A stretch of 40,281 nucleotides of DNA, taken from a virus (Duplodnaviria > Caudoviricetes). The DNA lies in IMG/VR virus record IMGVR_UViG_3300005512_000097, positions 1-40,281 of that record; one strand, given 5' to 3'. The translations under genes and the position numbers were made by a program. Shown here piece after piece: positions 21,001 through 29,200 of the stretch; the first letter of the stretch is position 1, and the number at the start of each line of letters is the position of its first letter. The notes beneath the pieces were generated by a model. It made no database searches. It worked only from the letters and a program-made list of their open reading frames with translations, and was not told the DNA's origin.

Positions 21001-22240
21001 ACAAAGTAATTTTTCCAAATTTATTCTCATCTGTGCCATCTTGATAATATAATGTATCAATGCCTGCTGTGTAAGGTGCAATTAATTTTGGTAGTCCATC
21101 ACCGCCTTTAAAAAATTCTCTATTTCCGTAAATATCACCTTGTTTAATTTTTACTTTTTGACCTACTGGCCAATCTGTACTTCTACTTAATACAATAGTT
21201 TCTGTACCTCCTATTGTATCAACTGAAATGTCATAAACATCATACCTTACATCAAATCCCAATGTAGTAGTTTCGTCAAAAGGATTATTGTCATCATCAA
21301 AACCATACGCATCAAAAAGACTGCCTTGATCCCAAGCACTGGCATCTGTAGTAGTGTTAATAAAAACTAAACTTTTACCATCTATAATCGTTTGTTTGTC
21401 TATACCACCATGTGTATTAATAAAAGTACTATAAGGTTGATTATGAATTTGTTTATATGTCAAATCTGTAGCAAAATCAGGATTTGCTGCTTGAACTGCA
21501 TTTATTTCTTCATTCTGTGCATCAGCATCTGGTACTATAAAAGTTATTGTACCATTTGTTGCGCCATTATTTGATACACCCAAAACTTCTCTTGTATTAA
21601 TAGACGTACTGAAAGAACTTATTCCACTGGTGCCTGGTTCTGTTTGTATCCAGAATGGATTGCCAGTTTCACTTAATGTAAAATTATATGTGCCTCCACG
21701 TGCAAGAATAATTGGTCTATTTGGGTCAGCAGTAGTGCTATCAAATCTTATATCGTCTCCACTTCTATAAACAGTATAAGTTTTTTCTGTATCAACTGTG
21801 CTATTAAAGACTTGGACACTATCAGGACCAGCTGGTAACCAGAAATATTCTCCATAGTTTACAAGTTTATCAAAATCTACAAATCCGCTATAATTGTAAT
21901 ATTGTTGCGAAAATAAATCGTTATGAACTGTAGTGTCTACATTGTTGTACTTTAACTTGTTAACAAAATCTATATAACCTGTCAAATGTTCAACTTGATT
22001 AGATGCGTTTCTGTAAACGACTGCCGGTTCTAATTGATAATTCTGTCTATTAATATCTGGTTCTTGAATATATCCGTCACCAACTGTAAAGTTAGGAGCA
22101 AACTTACGACCTATAAAACTATTAAATCTTTTTAGATTAGGTTCACTAATTAATTGATCAACAGTTGCATTCAGAAATTTTGCATTTTTATTAGTTTGGA
22201 ATACACTAGGTAAGAGTGCAGAACTTTTTCTAATAGCCAT
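9026..22240 (-). CDS. Giant multidomain virion protein (baseplate wedge gp7-like position) with FG-GAP beta-propeller
   Basis: 4404-aa uninterrupted ORF coupled to gp6 by TAATG. Contains 7 FG-GAP-like repeats, 'SIxIVNAGSGY...PTVTI' repeats, 'GDGxTxxF' repeats and 'IEEVKPYKTVIRE'. Confidence 0.7.
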   Translation of the reverse strand: MAIRKSSALLPSVFQTNKNAKFLNATVDQLISEPNLKRFNSFIGRKFAPNFTVGDGYIQEPDINRQNYQLEPAVVYRNASNQVEHLTGYIDFVNKLKYNNVDTTVHNDLFSQQYYNYSGFVDFDKLVNYGEYFWLPAGPDSVQVFNSTVDTEKTYTVYRSGDDIRFDSTTADPNRPIILARGGTYNFTLSETGNPFWIQTEPGTSGISSFSTSINTREVLGVSNNGATNGTITFIVPDADAQNEEINAVQAANPDFATDLTYKQIHNQPYSTFINTHGGIDKQTIIDGKSLVFINTTTDASAWDQGSLFDAYGFDDDNNPFDETTTLGFDVRYDVYDISVDTIGGTETIVLSRSTDWPVGQKVKIKQGDIYGNREFFKGGDGLPKLIAPYTAGIDTLYYQDGTDENKFGKITLSEIDQVSPIDIENDIIGKTVYTSNNLVSFTNGLKVEFNSDVTPSTYANREYFVEGVGQPQGITLTPVDELLTPESYTISTSDGFDTVAYDSGGWDGTLNAPTTQDYILINRSSPDRNAWSRGNRWFHREVIEATARYNDYTAVIDDSARAKRPIIEFYGGLELYNMGTTSKAPVTVVDTTQTDAFSNVNGSIGYFADGINLQQDFTVIFSADADSDVSNKIYRVDIVDQDDNSTTDPIINLVEIASVSDEDCVLSTLGANNQGKQFWFDGTIWKTAQQKTSINQDPLFDVFDPDHVSFSDQTKYPSSNFVGNKLFSYKRNGSAAPDSILDFGLTYKNFSTLGDIVFDNNFDSDKFQYTKNTGNTNVIVKSGHVHQFDSQGNRSLYNGWTKVLEQSVQYQIVSYDVTANELYSFEIGASVNTTKVIQPLQVFVNGKFIVPTKYTHLVQSEREYVVFTNKLAVNDTVTIKFFSNTKATNSFYEVPRNLENNAANATFGTLTLGQMRNHVTTFSTYIKDLSGVAPGSSNLRDKNFRGYPGNIMQHSAGLITPIYGLTNDQVDIVKSINFVKNEYTKFKNNFIDNINKLDLDLTNPSKCVDDIILYMAGKKTSTFPFYYSDTLPWGSQKSQTVYTIDDSTETQFEFTTQFDLTVPSNRAVLVYKNTTLLVEGRDYRFDQVEAKVLLTTNNLGTSNVGLSVNDTITIVEYTNTNGSFCPPTPSSLGLYYKFEPSKYTDSTYTTAKTVIQGHDGSTWVGYNDIRDDIVLEFEKRVYNNIKTQYKSNLFDFAEVKPGYFRSILNNLNEANNIVRSYYGEWALKNKVRTQENTLTDNTNLFTWNYTTSVNILNRERIPGYWRGIYRWFYDTDTPHTTPWEMLGLSVKPIWWDDRYGESPYTSGNTVLWEDLRDGKLYSDATGTTFTIVTSRKRPDLLRIIPVDPQGNLRAPGEFLTEGTVITNNNEPWAFSDGSPAETAWVRSSEYPFVMQILAANLRPAKYGTLMFDTNLLEYNAEYDQILQTGKSYRPTLTDLKMHGTTLTDGTIQIVEGYNQFISEYIRSTGFSINDTVLKFRNLTLNLCYGIAGFTDKKYLKILAESVTPSSESENIFIPDENIDIYLKKSLPLERILYSGVQIIKRQNGYELQGYDTENPFFKIIPSAKTSNPFEHTVGQNTFFEFQQYENVIANIPYGTVITTKQQVFDFLVSYQRYLLSKGFIFDGITSRGEKNDFVTGAKEFAFWTDQNWETNSVIVLSPFSEGLKLNRAISTVDDITLKGNPKDANGSIINPKFYDVSRIDNLIEIILDAENTQLYSVQLDPIQYEHAIVLSNNTIFNDVIFQPELGNRHDRLKLIGAKSGNWNGTLHAPGFFLNEDKINLWQSYVDYKKGDIVSFQNKTYSAKYEITGSNIFKFDDWHIINNMQTGLIKNLANKAGQFKDFFEIDNLNLEDGVDKLGKGTIGFNQKSYLQGLGLDDVSQVKFYQGMIKQKGTGSAINKLIDAELTNLDQTIDYFEEWAFRVGEYGSIDSNQIIENIIPEESATNNPVVIHYHANGELSTLTDDSHYHIQQKDLYRVPNNYNGNVFPIRSTNSITKNDLVTAGYARLDDVNYTAFNADQLENLSSNIGVLGKGNKIWTATDTNNTWSIRRVDETLSIITSVQSTGNGYLIYTTDINHGLVKDDFVIIRAQQPIGKVAKVFEVSSPNSFTIRDATTEADIQDVKIPMFRLSNVRFTQASDLSSYTPINGWDNNEIVWIDKDQQGKWSVLQNTRPWTTTGIKPTASITASDNLGTSVAINATGTLAIVGAPEQGSGAIIPYKRAESGALTEGNSKTDATIGDSLDSFGSAVAVGTDYVAVGAPDTESGAGAVFIYYVDATGTLNRRPALRPSGLGGSAGYGTSMVMSGNGRHLFVGAPGDNTVYAYTLVTLPESSVKVDTITSDTSTSYNINFNPISQETLNLVDQNGKVYLPNKDFTLTGANEITFGSAPANLLQIVVRQQDYFALVDTINPFDAMSGDNYGFSIDCDYDGRNIVIGAPNASVAGGDSAVISDAGEVSIYSQVVQQFSGDGSTKAFTTQETLQTKIFVEVDGILQTETANADVPTDNDGSTDGFYLRAGNTITFKYSPATGARIVVYTGTYFEKQKIDQNVTGQTPTTGEQFGYSVSIDSRGTMVAIGSPGEDETDIDTGSVFIFQDSGKNYGTVITNTPHNQTSGDTFYIDNRLITVTSSADNPTNLASDINLASIPGVSASVNASGAIIITSTNTEEFNKLSIAPGTGQMFARDDVFEIFKFTQKINHPHGAPNENFGRAVAFDKYINPITLLGGTRNLVASSDKASTRLSVRFDIETDTNKQNYLDATTTFDAQGTTFTDKRTESGAAYVYELLNANSATIENPDKLVFGQQLTTTNVATADQFGFSVAFNDSRIYVGSPSDTVIRGSVTLTNSGSVYEFNNDERSSSWSSIRNETDRIDVTQINRVALYNKKTNEIGVFLDYIDPAKGKIAGVANAELSYVSNSDPAMYANNMWSYKYKHRLWWDTSTVHYLNAEQSDLDYRKNYWGTVFPGSTIDVYEWIESNVPPSEYTGEGIVKNENLFTVANVYNSSSDSTQVRYYFWVSGRTSIPTEAEFRTISADSVRSLIEDPKAQGLPYVAFLDRDAVALYNCKNYFSDNDTVFSVNYDVVKNEGVLHSEFELFGKGNTDQDIPTRIYNKLLDSLAGSDSVGNIVPDPFLSEVEKYGVLTQPRQSMFVNRANALKVMVEYCNKIFKTAPFAKNSTMTRLLSSENIPTVNSGEYNKSVDTLAERNYLNTAILNTGYKVLVLEDENNSNYWTVYTLQADKSWLLTNVQGYNTADYWSYTTYYANGYDSTTVPTFQVSTEADLQTLTTATQGDVAKVISNDSGDMSMFVLNDNTWNQIITEKGTLQFNSSLYSFATGNTNFQATGFDNDGFDFGSFDKVPTLEIRQIFDALKNDLFIDNYKINMNELFFRLMEYALNETAFTNDWIFKSSFISVAHKLRSLDQYNTFKYDNTTFIENFIEEVKPYKTVIREYVSKYDKIDSFDGDTTDFDLHSFYDDELNFFRSPSGDYSGDEVLQTQGLNKPWSENYGYILDSISIVNAGSGYITNPTVTISAPQLAGGVQATATARTNGDAIISITMVNKGSGYTSEPTVTVTGSGTGILVSPRLVNNKVRSFDTTIKFDRITYSSDIKDWSANTAYTAGDIVAYQNTTTLTQEVYTVTESFTSGSTFSVENTSGTVVLTVKADEDFTTTADRIHAYYYPSSGMIGDDLELLQKGTGYLGNKVTGPGFDQNPGFDSSNFDIVAFDNIEIDEEGLEVLAGVDTIFRGTGFSVDLGIEPESIIVDGAGFVDTYNSHAPEELIPGRVYDTLDMEVYTHPSHDYEVDGGSPQIQHTSYSNLLDSFSEGFIEPGYIEGDYVSLTGTTVNQRDFQYGDPTKSSEDYEYIIVYQNDLRIYNFTTNYTDKTVTLTDPILATDSIHIYAYSQVGEKLIGDYTEIGDGSSVNFLLGNTPAQTKQTLVFVDGVETSVTVSEQDDRTLIVFSSPPRNGAHIHAFVYSQETDRDAPTKIALQTTTLTSGTFTYALDNTVNYAQPFSGNTVVEIDNVRLRPANSAYYTGDGATTQYNISITAGEATIGNINDIGVTVISKTTGLALNGVRDIDFTVTSGTNFVTMTTAPANGDTVIVYNNADAEYIISATGTEITIDSSVSFTSSSVMRVNTFSNHDPLRIQTKVYEGDPGGGRYQFDRTLTDTAYLWVTLNGLRIHPGEFSVENNEIVMSEVISATLTASSVIVATHINENTMASSTGFRIFQDMNGNIEYLRLCKDNTTTTVLPALPTDTKIYVNDASVLPYVEPTSEYPGVVFIGGERITYWEVNLSENYITKLRRATNGTAMVQRITEGFLVVDGGKDQLLPATNTHTNTWYNAGSGTAADGLGLQQSTTINANFLNACQAEIPNFRAELNAGEYMVTDYVVDDYVERLE

Positions 22241-25200
22241 TAGTAACTATATCCTCCACCAGACCCTGAACTACTACTAGAACTACTACTAGAACTTACG
22301 CCAGTTGTAGTTGAGCTAGTTGTAGAAGTTGTTGTAGACACTGTTGTACTTGTGCTGTTTGCACTTACACTTTCACTTGCTAAATTTGTTGTAGTAGTAT
22401 TAACAACATTTCCTGATGCCTGTAAACTATTTGCAGTAATTACATCTATGACATCTATATCATTAACAGTTGCAGAACTGATAAGAATCTCGTCTCTTTG
22501 GCTTTGTATTTGAAATAAGCTACCAAAGTTGCTTGTTGATAATTTAGGGACAATTATCACACTCAATACATCAGGCGACAATGCGTTATAAAGATATGCT
22601 GATAATTCACTAAAGTAAAACACATCTCCAAAATCCCAATTTTCAATGGCAAAATAATTATTAATTTCAGTTACAACTTTTTCCTTAATTTCAGAATCAC
22701 TAATTAGTGTGCTATTATTCTTTACAATTTTGAATGTTGCTTGCAATTCTTCATCTGCCTTATCACCAAACAATGGCCTATAAGTAATGCCATTAAAAAT
22801 TATTGTATCACTTACACTTTTGTAAGACTCTAAAGACCCGAATTGATCACGCAATTCATTAGTTGTAGGATTAGCAGGTTTTGGTACTGTGCCTGTGATA
22901 TCAGTTATATAATTTCTATAATCTGTGTTATACTGTCTAGTTAATAAAAACAAATCTATTATGTTACTTGGACTTGGATCGATACGTCTATTGTTAGGAC
23001 TATTATGAGTGTACTGAAATAAAAGCTGATCTCTGCCTGTCCTTTTTATATAATCTGTAGTTTCAGCTATGCTCTTTACATTTGCACCACTAACATTTAG
23101 TATATAAAACTTATTATCTGAACTTGCATAAAATACTTTTCCGTTTGAAAATTGTGCAAGGACTTCATTTATTGCAGATTGTGTTGTATATCTTTGTTCT
23201 ATATCTGTACTTGATACTGCAGTGTATGTAAGATATCCACCACTACTGGTATCTGTTTTATAAAACACAACCTTGTTTGTGGGATTAACATCAGGTGCTA
23301 CAATTATATCAAATATATCAGGATTATCAACAACACCGTCACTATCTATATCAGGAAAAGTTACTTTAATTCTATTTGTCAGGATATACCCATCTGTCTC
23401 ACTTATTACATCATCAACCTGCATAGCATAATCAATTGCAAGACTTCCTGCAGTATCAGGTAATGAATTTATTTTAAGAATATTAATTTTGTCTTTAATA
23501 GTTTTTCCTGTTCTAGGATCAAAAATATTTAAATCTTTATCAAAATAAAAACGTGTTTCTAACTTGCTTTCAAATACATAACTGGTTGATCTGAAATTAA
23601 CAGTGTAAGTGCTACCATCGTTAGTAAACTTAAAAAACCAACTATTGTCCACTCCAGTACTGCTGGTATTTCCAGCGTTATCTAAACTAAAGGTATTTGC
23701 TTGATTAAGATTTGCATTTGTAATAATAACCCATGCTTGGGTATCTAAATCATAACGTAATCCAAACGTTTTATAGTCGCCTATTGCTTGTATGATTTCA
23801 TTTCTTACTGTTGAAGATATTGTAGTATTCCATACTGCAATTACTTTATCTAATACTGCATCACTTGGTATTACTTCTGTAAGTGTAACAGGCCCTTGTC
23901 CAGTAGCTAGATTTCCAACTCCTTGGTTTGTTCCATCTGTTACTATATTAGATATACTCGCCCATATGTAATCTTTTGTATTAATAGTTCCACTTGTACC
24001 AGTTATTAAGTTATTGTTGACATCAAAAACTTTTCCAGATGGAGCCGTAAACTTTAATAATGCTCCTACTTTTGCAAGTTTTAAATTACTACTTGCAAAA
24101 TCTCCTATCTTTAAAGGAGCGTCTACATCATTTTTAAAGTAACCTGTACATGTTCCACTAGAGCTAGTTGTAAGATTCCATTCTGCATTAAGTCCAGTTA
24201 CATCTGTGCCACCATAATTTTTAAGGTAATAATGTAAACTATCATTTTTTAAAATATTTCTTTCTACTTGCGTAGATAAAACATTGCTTATATCACTATC
24301 TGTAATAAAAGTAAAAGTAAAATTTTGTAAATCTTCTGTGCGATAGAGTATTCCATCTTCTGCAACAATATTTGTGCTACTATACTTTCCAGTAGTATCT
24401 CTTACATCCAGGTATCTACTAATACCACTTGCAGTTCTGTTTATTGCTTTGGATTTTAAAATATTACTAAATTTTGTATAAGGCAAGATTTGATAATCTT
24501 CACCAGTAATCATACGGTCTTGAGTGTAATATTGTTGTTGTGCTTTTTCTTTTACGTCACGTAGGTTTTCTCTACCACTTGCATTGGCAACTGTAGTAGT
24601 CAAACTCAAACTTACTGTTAAATTTTCTATTTGGTTAACATGACTCACATAAGGTATAACAATTTGTAAGTTTTGCATATCATCAGGAGAAATTTTATAA
24701 GTTGTGCCTGCTCCTGTTCTAAAATATACACGGAAATCTCCTACTGGCACATTAGAGAATACATCATCACCAAAAACTAAACTTATCTGATCATTAGCAC
24801 GACTACGCACTGTAAATAAATTTTTGTTTTGTTGACTTAAACTATTATATATAACATTGTTGCCTGAAATCGCAGGAACTTTTTCCCAACGTATAGTTTC
24901 ATTACCTTGATCATCTAAAGAATATAACCAAACGTCGTTGTTATCAATATTATTAACATCAATTTCTACAGTTCTATTAGGCAACTTTTCTTCTATAGTG
25001 AAATCTGCACTTTGTAAACTACCTTGTTTAAAGTAGAAAAAGAATCCATTATTAGCACTATTAAAGCCTCTATTATCATTTCTATATAAAATATTAGTGG
25101 TACTTGTTGGTTGAGGAGCTACCTCATATAAAAAGTCTTGACCACTGTATGTGCCTTTGACTAATTCAAATTCTAAATTTTGTGAACCTACAATTGTTTT

Positions 25201-25803
25201 GAAATCATAAACTGGTATAGTGCCAGGATTCAAACTTATTTGATATTCTTCAATACTAATACCACCAATTGTAGTTTTTAATGCAGGATTTCCAAACTTT
25301 TGAGTATTTACTAATGCACTATTTAAAATAGTAGTAAATTGCTCTAAAAAGTCACTGTTAGTTGGATCACCCCAAACTATTTCTGTATCTCGTAAACTGT
25401 TACCATTACTATCTGCAACTTCTTCAGTGGTTCTTAAACTGTTAATTTTTATAAATCCCCTGGCAATCTGCTGACGTTTAGGATAATAGTTTAGCATTCG
25501 TGCTAATCTTAGTATACTATCTCTACGTTGTGCAGTTTCTAAAAAGTTTTCTCTGGCGTTTAAATCAGCACGGAAACTAAGAGATTGACCTAAGAAAGCA
25601 ATCATATCAATCAGTGCAATATATTCACTTGATTCTATAAAATCGTTAAAATCTTCAGGATAGTAAGTACGGATATAATCAACCATACTTTTACGAATTG
25701 TTTCGTAATCATAACTTTGAAAATCTGCTTCCCTGAAAGTCTCATAGACTTTCTTCCAGTCTTCAGCAGCGAATAAATTTGCTTGTCTTGTACTTGCAGC
25801 CAT
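22240..25803 (-). CDS. gp6: Baseplate wedge subunit, T4 gp6-like
   Basis: 'DYETIRKSMVDYIR..YPEDFNDF.ESS..IALIDMIA', 'ENFLETAQRRDSILRLARMLNYYPKR', 'LVFGDDVF', 'YYTQDRMITGEDY'. Follows gp25. Confidence 0.85.
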   Translation of the reverse strand: MAASTRQANLFAAEDWKKVYETFREADFQSYDYETIRKSMVDYIRTYYPEDFNDFIESSEYIALIDMIAFLGQSLSFRADLNARENFLETAQRRDSILRLARMLNYYPKRQQIARGFIKINSLRTTEEVADSNGNSLRDTEIVWGDPTNSDFLEQFTTILNSALVNTQKFGNPALKTTIGGISIEEYQISLNPGTIPVYDFKTIVGSQNLEFELVKGTYSGQDFLYEVAPQPTSTTNILYRNDNRGFNSANNGFFFYFKQGSLQSADFTIEEKLPNRTVEIDVNNIDNNDVWLYSLDDQGNETIRWEKVPAISGNNVIYNSLSQQNKNLFTVRSRANDQISLVFGDDVFSNVPVGDFRVYFRTGAGTTYKISPDDMQNLQIVIPYVSHVNQIENLTVSLSLTTTVANASGRENLRDVKEKAQQQYYTQDRMITGEDYQILPYTKFSNILKSKAINRTASGISRYLDVRDTTGKYSSTNIVAEDGILYRTEDLQNFTFTFITDSDISNVLSTQVERNILKNDSLHYYLKNYGGTDVTGLNAEWNLTTSSSGTCTGYFKNDVDAPLKIGDFASSNLKLAKVGALLKFTAPSGKVFDVNNNLITGTSGTINTKDYIWASISNIVTDGTNQGVGNLATGQGPVTLTEVIPSDAVLDKVIAVWNTTISSTVRNEIIQAIGDYKTFGLRYDLDTQAWVIITNANLNQANTFSLDNAGNTSSTGVDNSWFFKFTNDGSTYTVNFRSTSYVFESKLETRFYFDKDLNIFDPRTGKTIKDKINILKINSLPDTAGSLAIDYAMQVDDVISETDGYILTNRIKVTFPDIDSDGVVDNPDIFDIIVAPDVNPTNKVVFYKTDTSSGGYLTYTAVSSTDIEQRYTTQSAINEVLAQFSNGKVFYASSDNKFYILNVSGANVKSIAETTDYIKRTGRDQLLFQYTHNSPNNRRIDPSPSNIIDLFLLTRQYNTDYRNYITDITGTVPKPANPTTNELRDQFGSLESYKSVSDTIIFNGITYRPLFGDKADEELQATFKIVKNNSTLISDSEIKEKVVTEINNYFAIENWDFGDVFYFSELSAYLYNALSPDVLSVIIVPKLSTSNFGSLFQIQSQRDEILISSATVNDIDVIDVITANSLQASGNVVNTTTTNLASESVSANSTSTTVSTTTSTTSSTTTGVSSSSSSSSSSGSGGGYSY

Positions 25804-25828
25804 TATAAAATATTCCTATCTATTGCAG

Positions 25829-25836
25829 TATTTATT
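25829..25836 (-). promoter_or_regulatory. T4-type late promoter (AATAAATA)
   Basis: Intergenic, upstream of SD AGGA and the gp6 start. Confidence 0.6.
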
Positions 25837-25856
25837 CACTGTATAATATAGGTATA

Positions 25857-26228
25857 TTATTCTGCAGTAGGCCTATCAAATTTTACCATTAAGTTTTCTA
25901 CTTGATTATTAGTAACATATCTTAGTATCATTTCTATTTGCAGTCCACCTTCATATTCGTCAATAGTAACACCTTCTGATCTTACTCTTGGATCATTTTT
26001 GATTACTGCATCAACTTCTTGAACTATTAATGCTTTTGTTTCTTCTGTTAACGGATCCATTATTAAGTCTCTAAGACTTGTGCCAAACTCTGCATTCATT
26101 AGTTTTTCACCTTTGCGTATTGCAAAGTGGTTTAGTAAATCTCTTTTAATTAGATCAGTATCAGTCAATTTTATACTTCCAAAATTGTTATTTACTGTAC
26201 TAATACCTTTGTAAACTGCAACTGCCAT
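25857..26228 (-). CDS. gp25: Baseplate wedge subunit, T4 gp25-like
   Basis: 'DLIKRDLLNHFAIRKGEKLMNAEFGTSLRDLIMDP...IKNDPRV' is the GPW/gp25 signature. Confidence 0.9.
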   Translation of the reverse strand: MAVAVYKGISTVNNNFGSIKLTDTDLIKRDLLNHFAIRKGEKLMNAEFGTSLRDLIMDPLTEETKALIVQEVDAVIKNDPRVRSEGVTIDEYEGGLQIEMILRYVTNNQVENLMVKFDRPTAE

Positions 26229-26237
26229 CTCTCTTCC

Positions 26238-29200
26238 TTATAAATTGTTTCTCTGTGCATATAAATCACTAAGAGTATCACCTATTTGTTGTATTATATT
26301 TTTGTCATCATTTCCGTCTTTGACTAACTGTGACCTATCCTTTTCCAATTTAGCAATTCTTTGATCTAAATCTCTCTTTTTTCCACCATTAGGTCCAGAA
26401 TAAGGATCACTTGCAGGAGCAGGAACAATATAACTTACACCATTAATATTTCTAAGAGTTTCTCCTTTTTTGAGAGTGCCTTGAAATACTTTAAGTGTTG
26501 ATAAATCTTGTATATCAGTATTATTATTTTTATTCTTTAAATTAGTTACTAAGTCACTTGCAGCAGCACCCTTTTGCATAGCATCTTTTACAAAACTTAA
26601 CACATCACCGTTTTGTGGGATTCCTGTAGTATTTCGAACTGGCCCATCAATATTTGCATTTCCAAATCTAACTTGTTTTACAATATCAGCATTACTAATG
26701 GATGATCCAGTAAGCATTGCCATAATTTCCTTAGATTTATCATTAGGTGTAATTGCACCATTATTAACTAGTGTTTGGTATGTACTTGCGATAACTTGTT
26801 GATATGTTTGTTCCTGAATACCAGCATTTTGTAAAAATTTTGTATGACTGTTAATATTGTCTTTTCCTGTCCACACACTACTTTGCAACAGTTGATCATT
26901 AAATTTTGCTTCCGGTCTTACGTAACCAGCAGAAATTAATTGGTCAACAGTAAATCCATATTTTCCCATTGCTTTGGTTGTACTGTTTATAAAACTATTT
27001 GAATTATTACTGCCAGCTACCTTTACAACTGCAGCTGCCAATCCTTGCATATCTGTACTATCTAAGTCGCCGATACTAAAACCTGTATCTAGTTGTTTCA
27101 CAACATCAGTAATCTCAAATCCTGCAATTTTAGGTTCAAGTAAAAACCCATTTAGTTTATCCAATCCACTTATATCTGCTCCTGCCAATCCAGCGACTGT
27201 ACTTAATTTTTGTAAACCTTTTTGTATTTGTGGTAAATCGGCTTGATATTGATCTACTACTTCTTTTGCAATGTCTACAATTTTTCCTGTGCCATCTGTG
27301 ACTAACTTGCCTAAACTAGAATTCGATAAATCACCTATTGTACTAGCCCAGGATGAACCTATTGCACCTTGTCCTGCGATACTACTACCAATACTATCAA
27401 CTGTTGAAGAAATATTTGAAAAATTACCCTTAATGTTTGATATACTAGGACCAAACCCTCCAAAAGCATCCAATCCAGGAAAGTCTTGACTAGTAATGTC
27501 AGTACCTGTAATACTATTACCATATTTGCCTATTGTATCACCAACTGCATCTGTAAAAGTTTGTATTTTTGTACCAATTGTATCAGTAATACTTGTAAAA
27601 GTATCACCTAATGATCCAAAATCAAAACCTGAACCTGTGGACACTATATTACTAAAATCAAACTTAGGAATAGTTGCAGTGGCAACTCCATCTATACCTG
27701 CAAGACCAACATATGAACTACTGTTAGTAATATTGCTTAAATTACTTGTAACTCCACTTACGCCTGTACCTAAAGTACTAAATGTACCAGGTGGTAAAGC
27801 ACTTGCTATTTGAAAACCTGTACTTATAATACTAAAAGCTGCACCGAGACCACCGCCACCAGCTAATCCACCAGTGTAACTAGTGCTAGTATTTTTTTCG
27901 CCGTGAGAAACAAAAGGTTCATGTGTTGCTAATCTGTCTACAGTTGTAGTAGTAACACTATCTCTACTAAGCACATATTTTCCTTGAGCTGCATCATACT
28001 TTGCATCTAATTTCTGTTGTGGTCTGACTGGTTTTGCACTTTGTGATCCTAAACTAGGACCTTGTAACATCACTAGTGCACCACTTACTGCCATAATACC
28101 ACTTGCTTTTATACTAGCAGTAGCACCACCACTTAAATTCATTTGTCCACTTGCAGTAACACTAAACTTTTTAGTTGTGATACCTGTATCACCTTCACTG
28201 CTTACGACAAAATCGTCACCTGATTGTAGATGCATCTGCTGTTCGCTCACAAGTTGTGTATATCCCTTACTATGAAACTTAATATTTTCATCTGCATGAA
28301 AATTAAGGTTTTTACTACGAAAGTTTATACTATCATTAGCAAAAACATCCATTGTACCTTGATTTCCAAGTTCTATCCATACACTACCAGTAGAATTACC
28401 TACATATATAATTCCTTCACTGTCATTTAGTAAAATTTGATGTCCAGTACTAGTACGCAATCTTATTTGGTTACTATTTCCTTCTATATCACCATCGTCT
28501 AGAGCAATACTGTGTCCTTTACGTCTAGCAGTTGGGCCTAATAATCCTGCACGTATTTTTTCGTCTGTAGTGTTAGGGTTTTTAAGTGCAGCAGCATTTT
28601 CTTTCAAAAAATCCTTGCCACTTTCAGTAATTCTACGACCTTTACTGCTTATACCTATAATCTCACTGGGAGATTCTCTCATATAACTACTATTATTAAG
28701 TCCTCTAACTCTATCATTTAGTAAACCCTGTTCCTTTACAATTTTTTGTGTAATAAAATCTTCAGGTCTTAATTGTGTCTTCCAATTTACAATGTCATTA
28801 GGGTTATTTTTCTTATCATTTAATTCGCCACCTATGTATGGACCATTTTCAAAGTCCTCTACAACAGTAGGTTCAGGAACTGTTTGCAACATATATGTAT
28901 CTGGTACACATGCAAAGTAATAACCTTCATTATTTTTGCCGTGTGGGAAAAAACAAAGCACAGTAGTACCTAAGTCAGGTGGAGGTGTGACAATGCCGGA
29001 AGGCATCTTAGTATCTATATAGCGATTTTTGTTATTTGCCCCTAGTGTGCTTTCTACTCTACTATAAAATGGTGTACAATATCTCACTGTTCTCCATTGA
29101 GATTTATCAGTTTCATCTATTGACATTTCTGGGATGTAAACTTGTATTACTCCCATATGCGATCCATGAACGTTTGCCTTAACAATTCCAACAACTATTC

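Noticed and set aside
25843-25860. ATAATATA-GG-TATATTAT inverted repeat (similar AT palindrome at about 5599-5613)
   Set aside because: AT-only and likely by chance at this base composition; too weak for a terminator.
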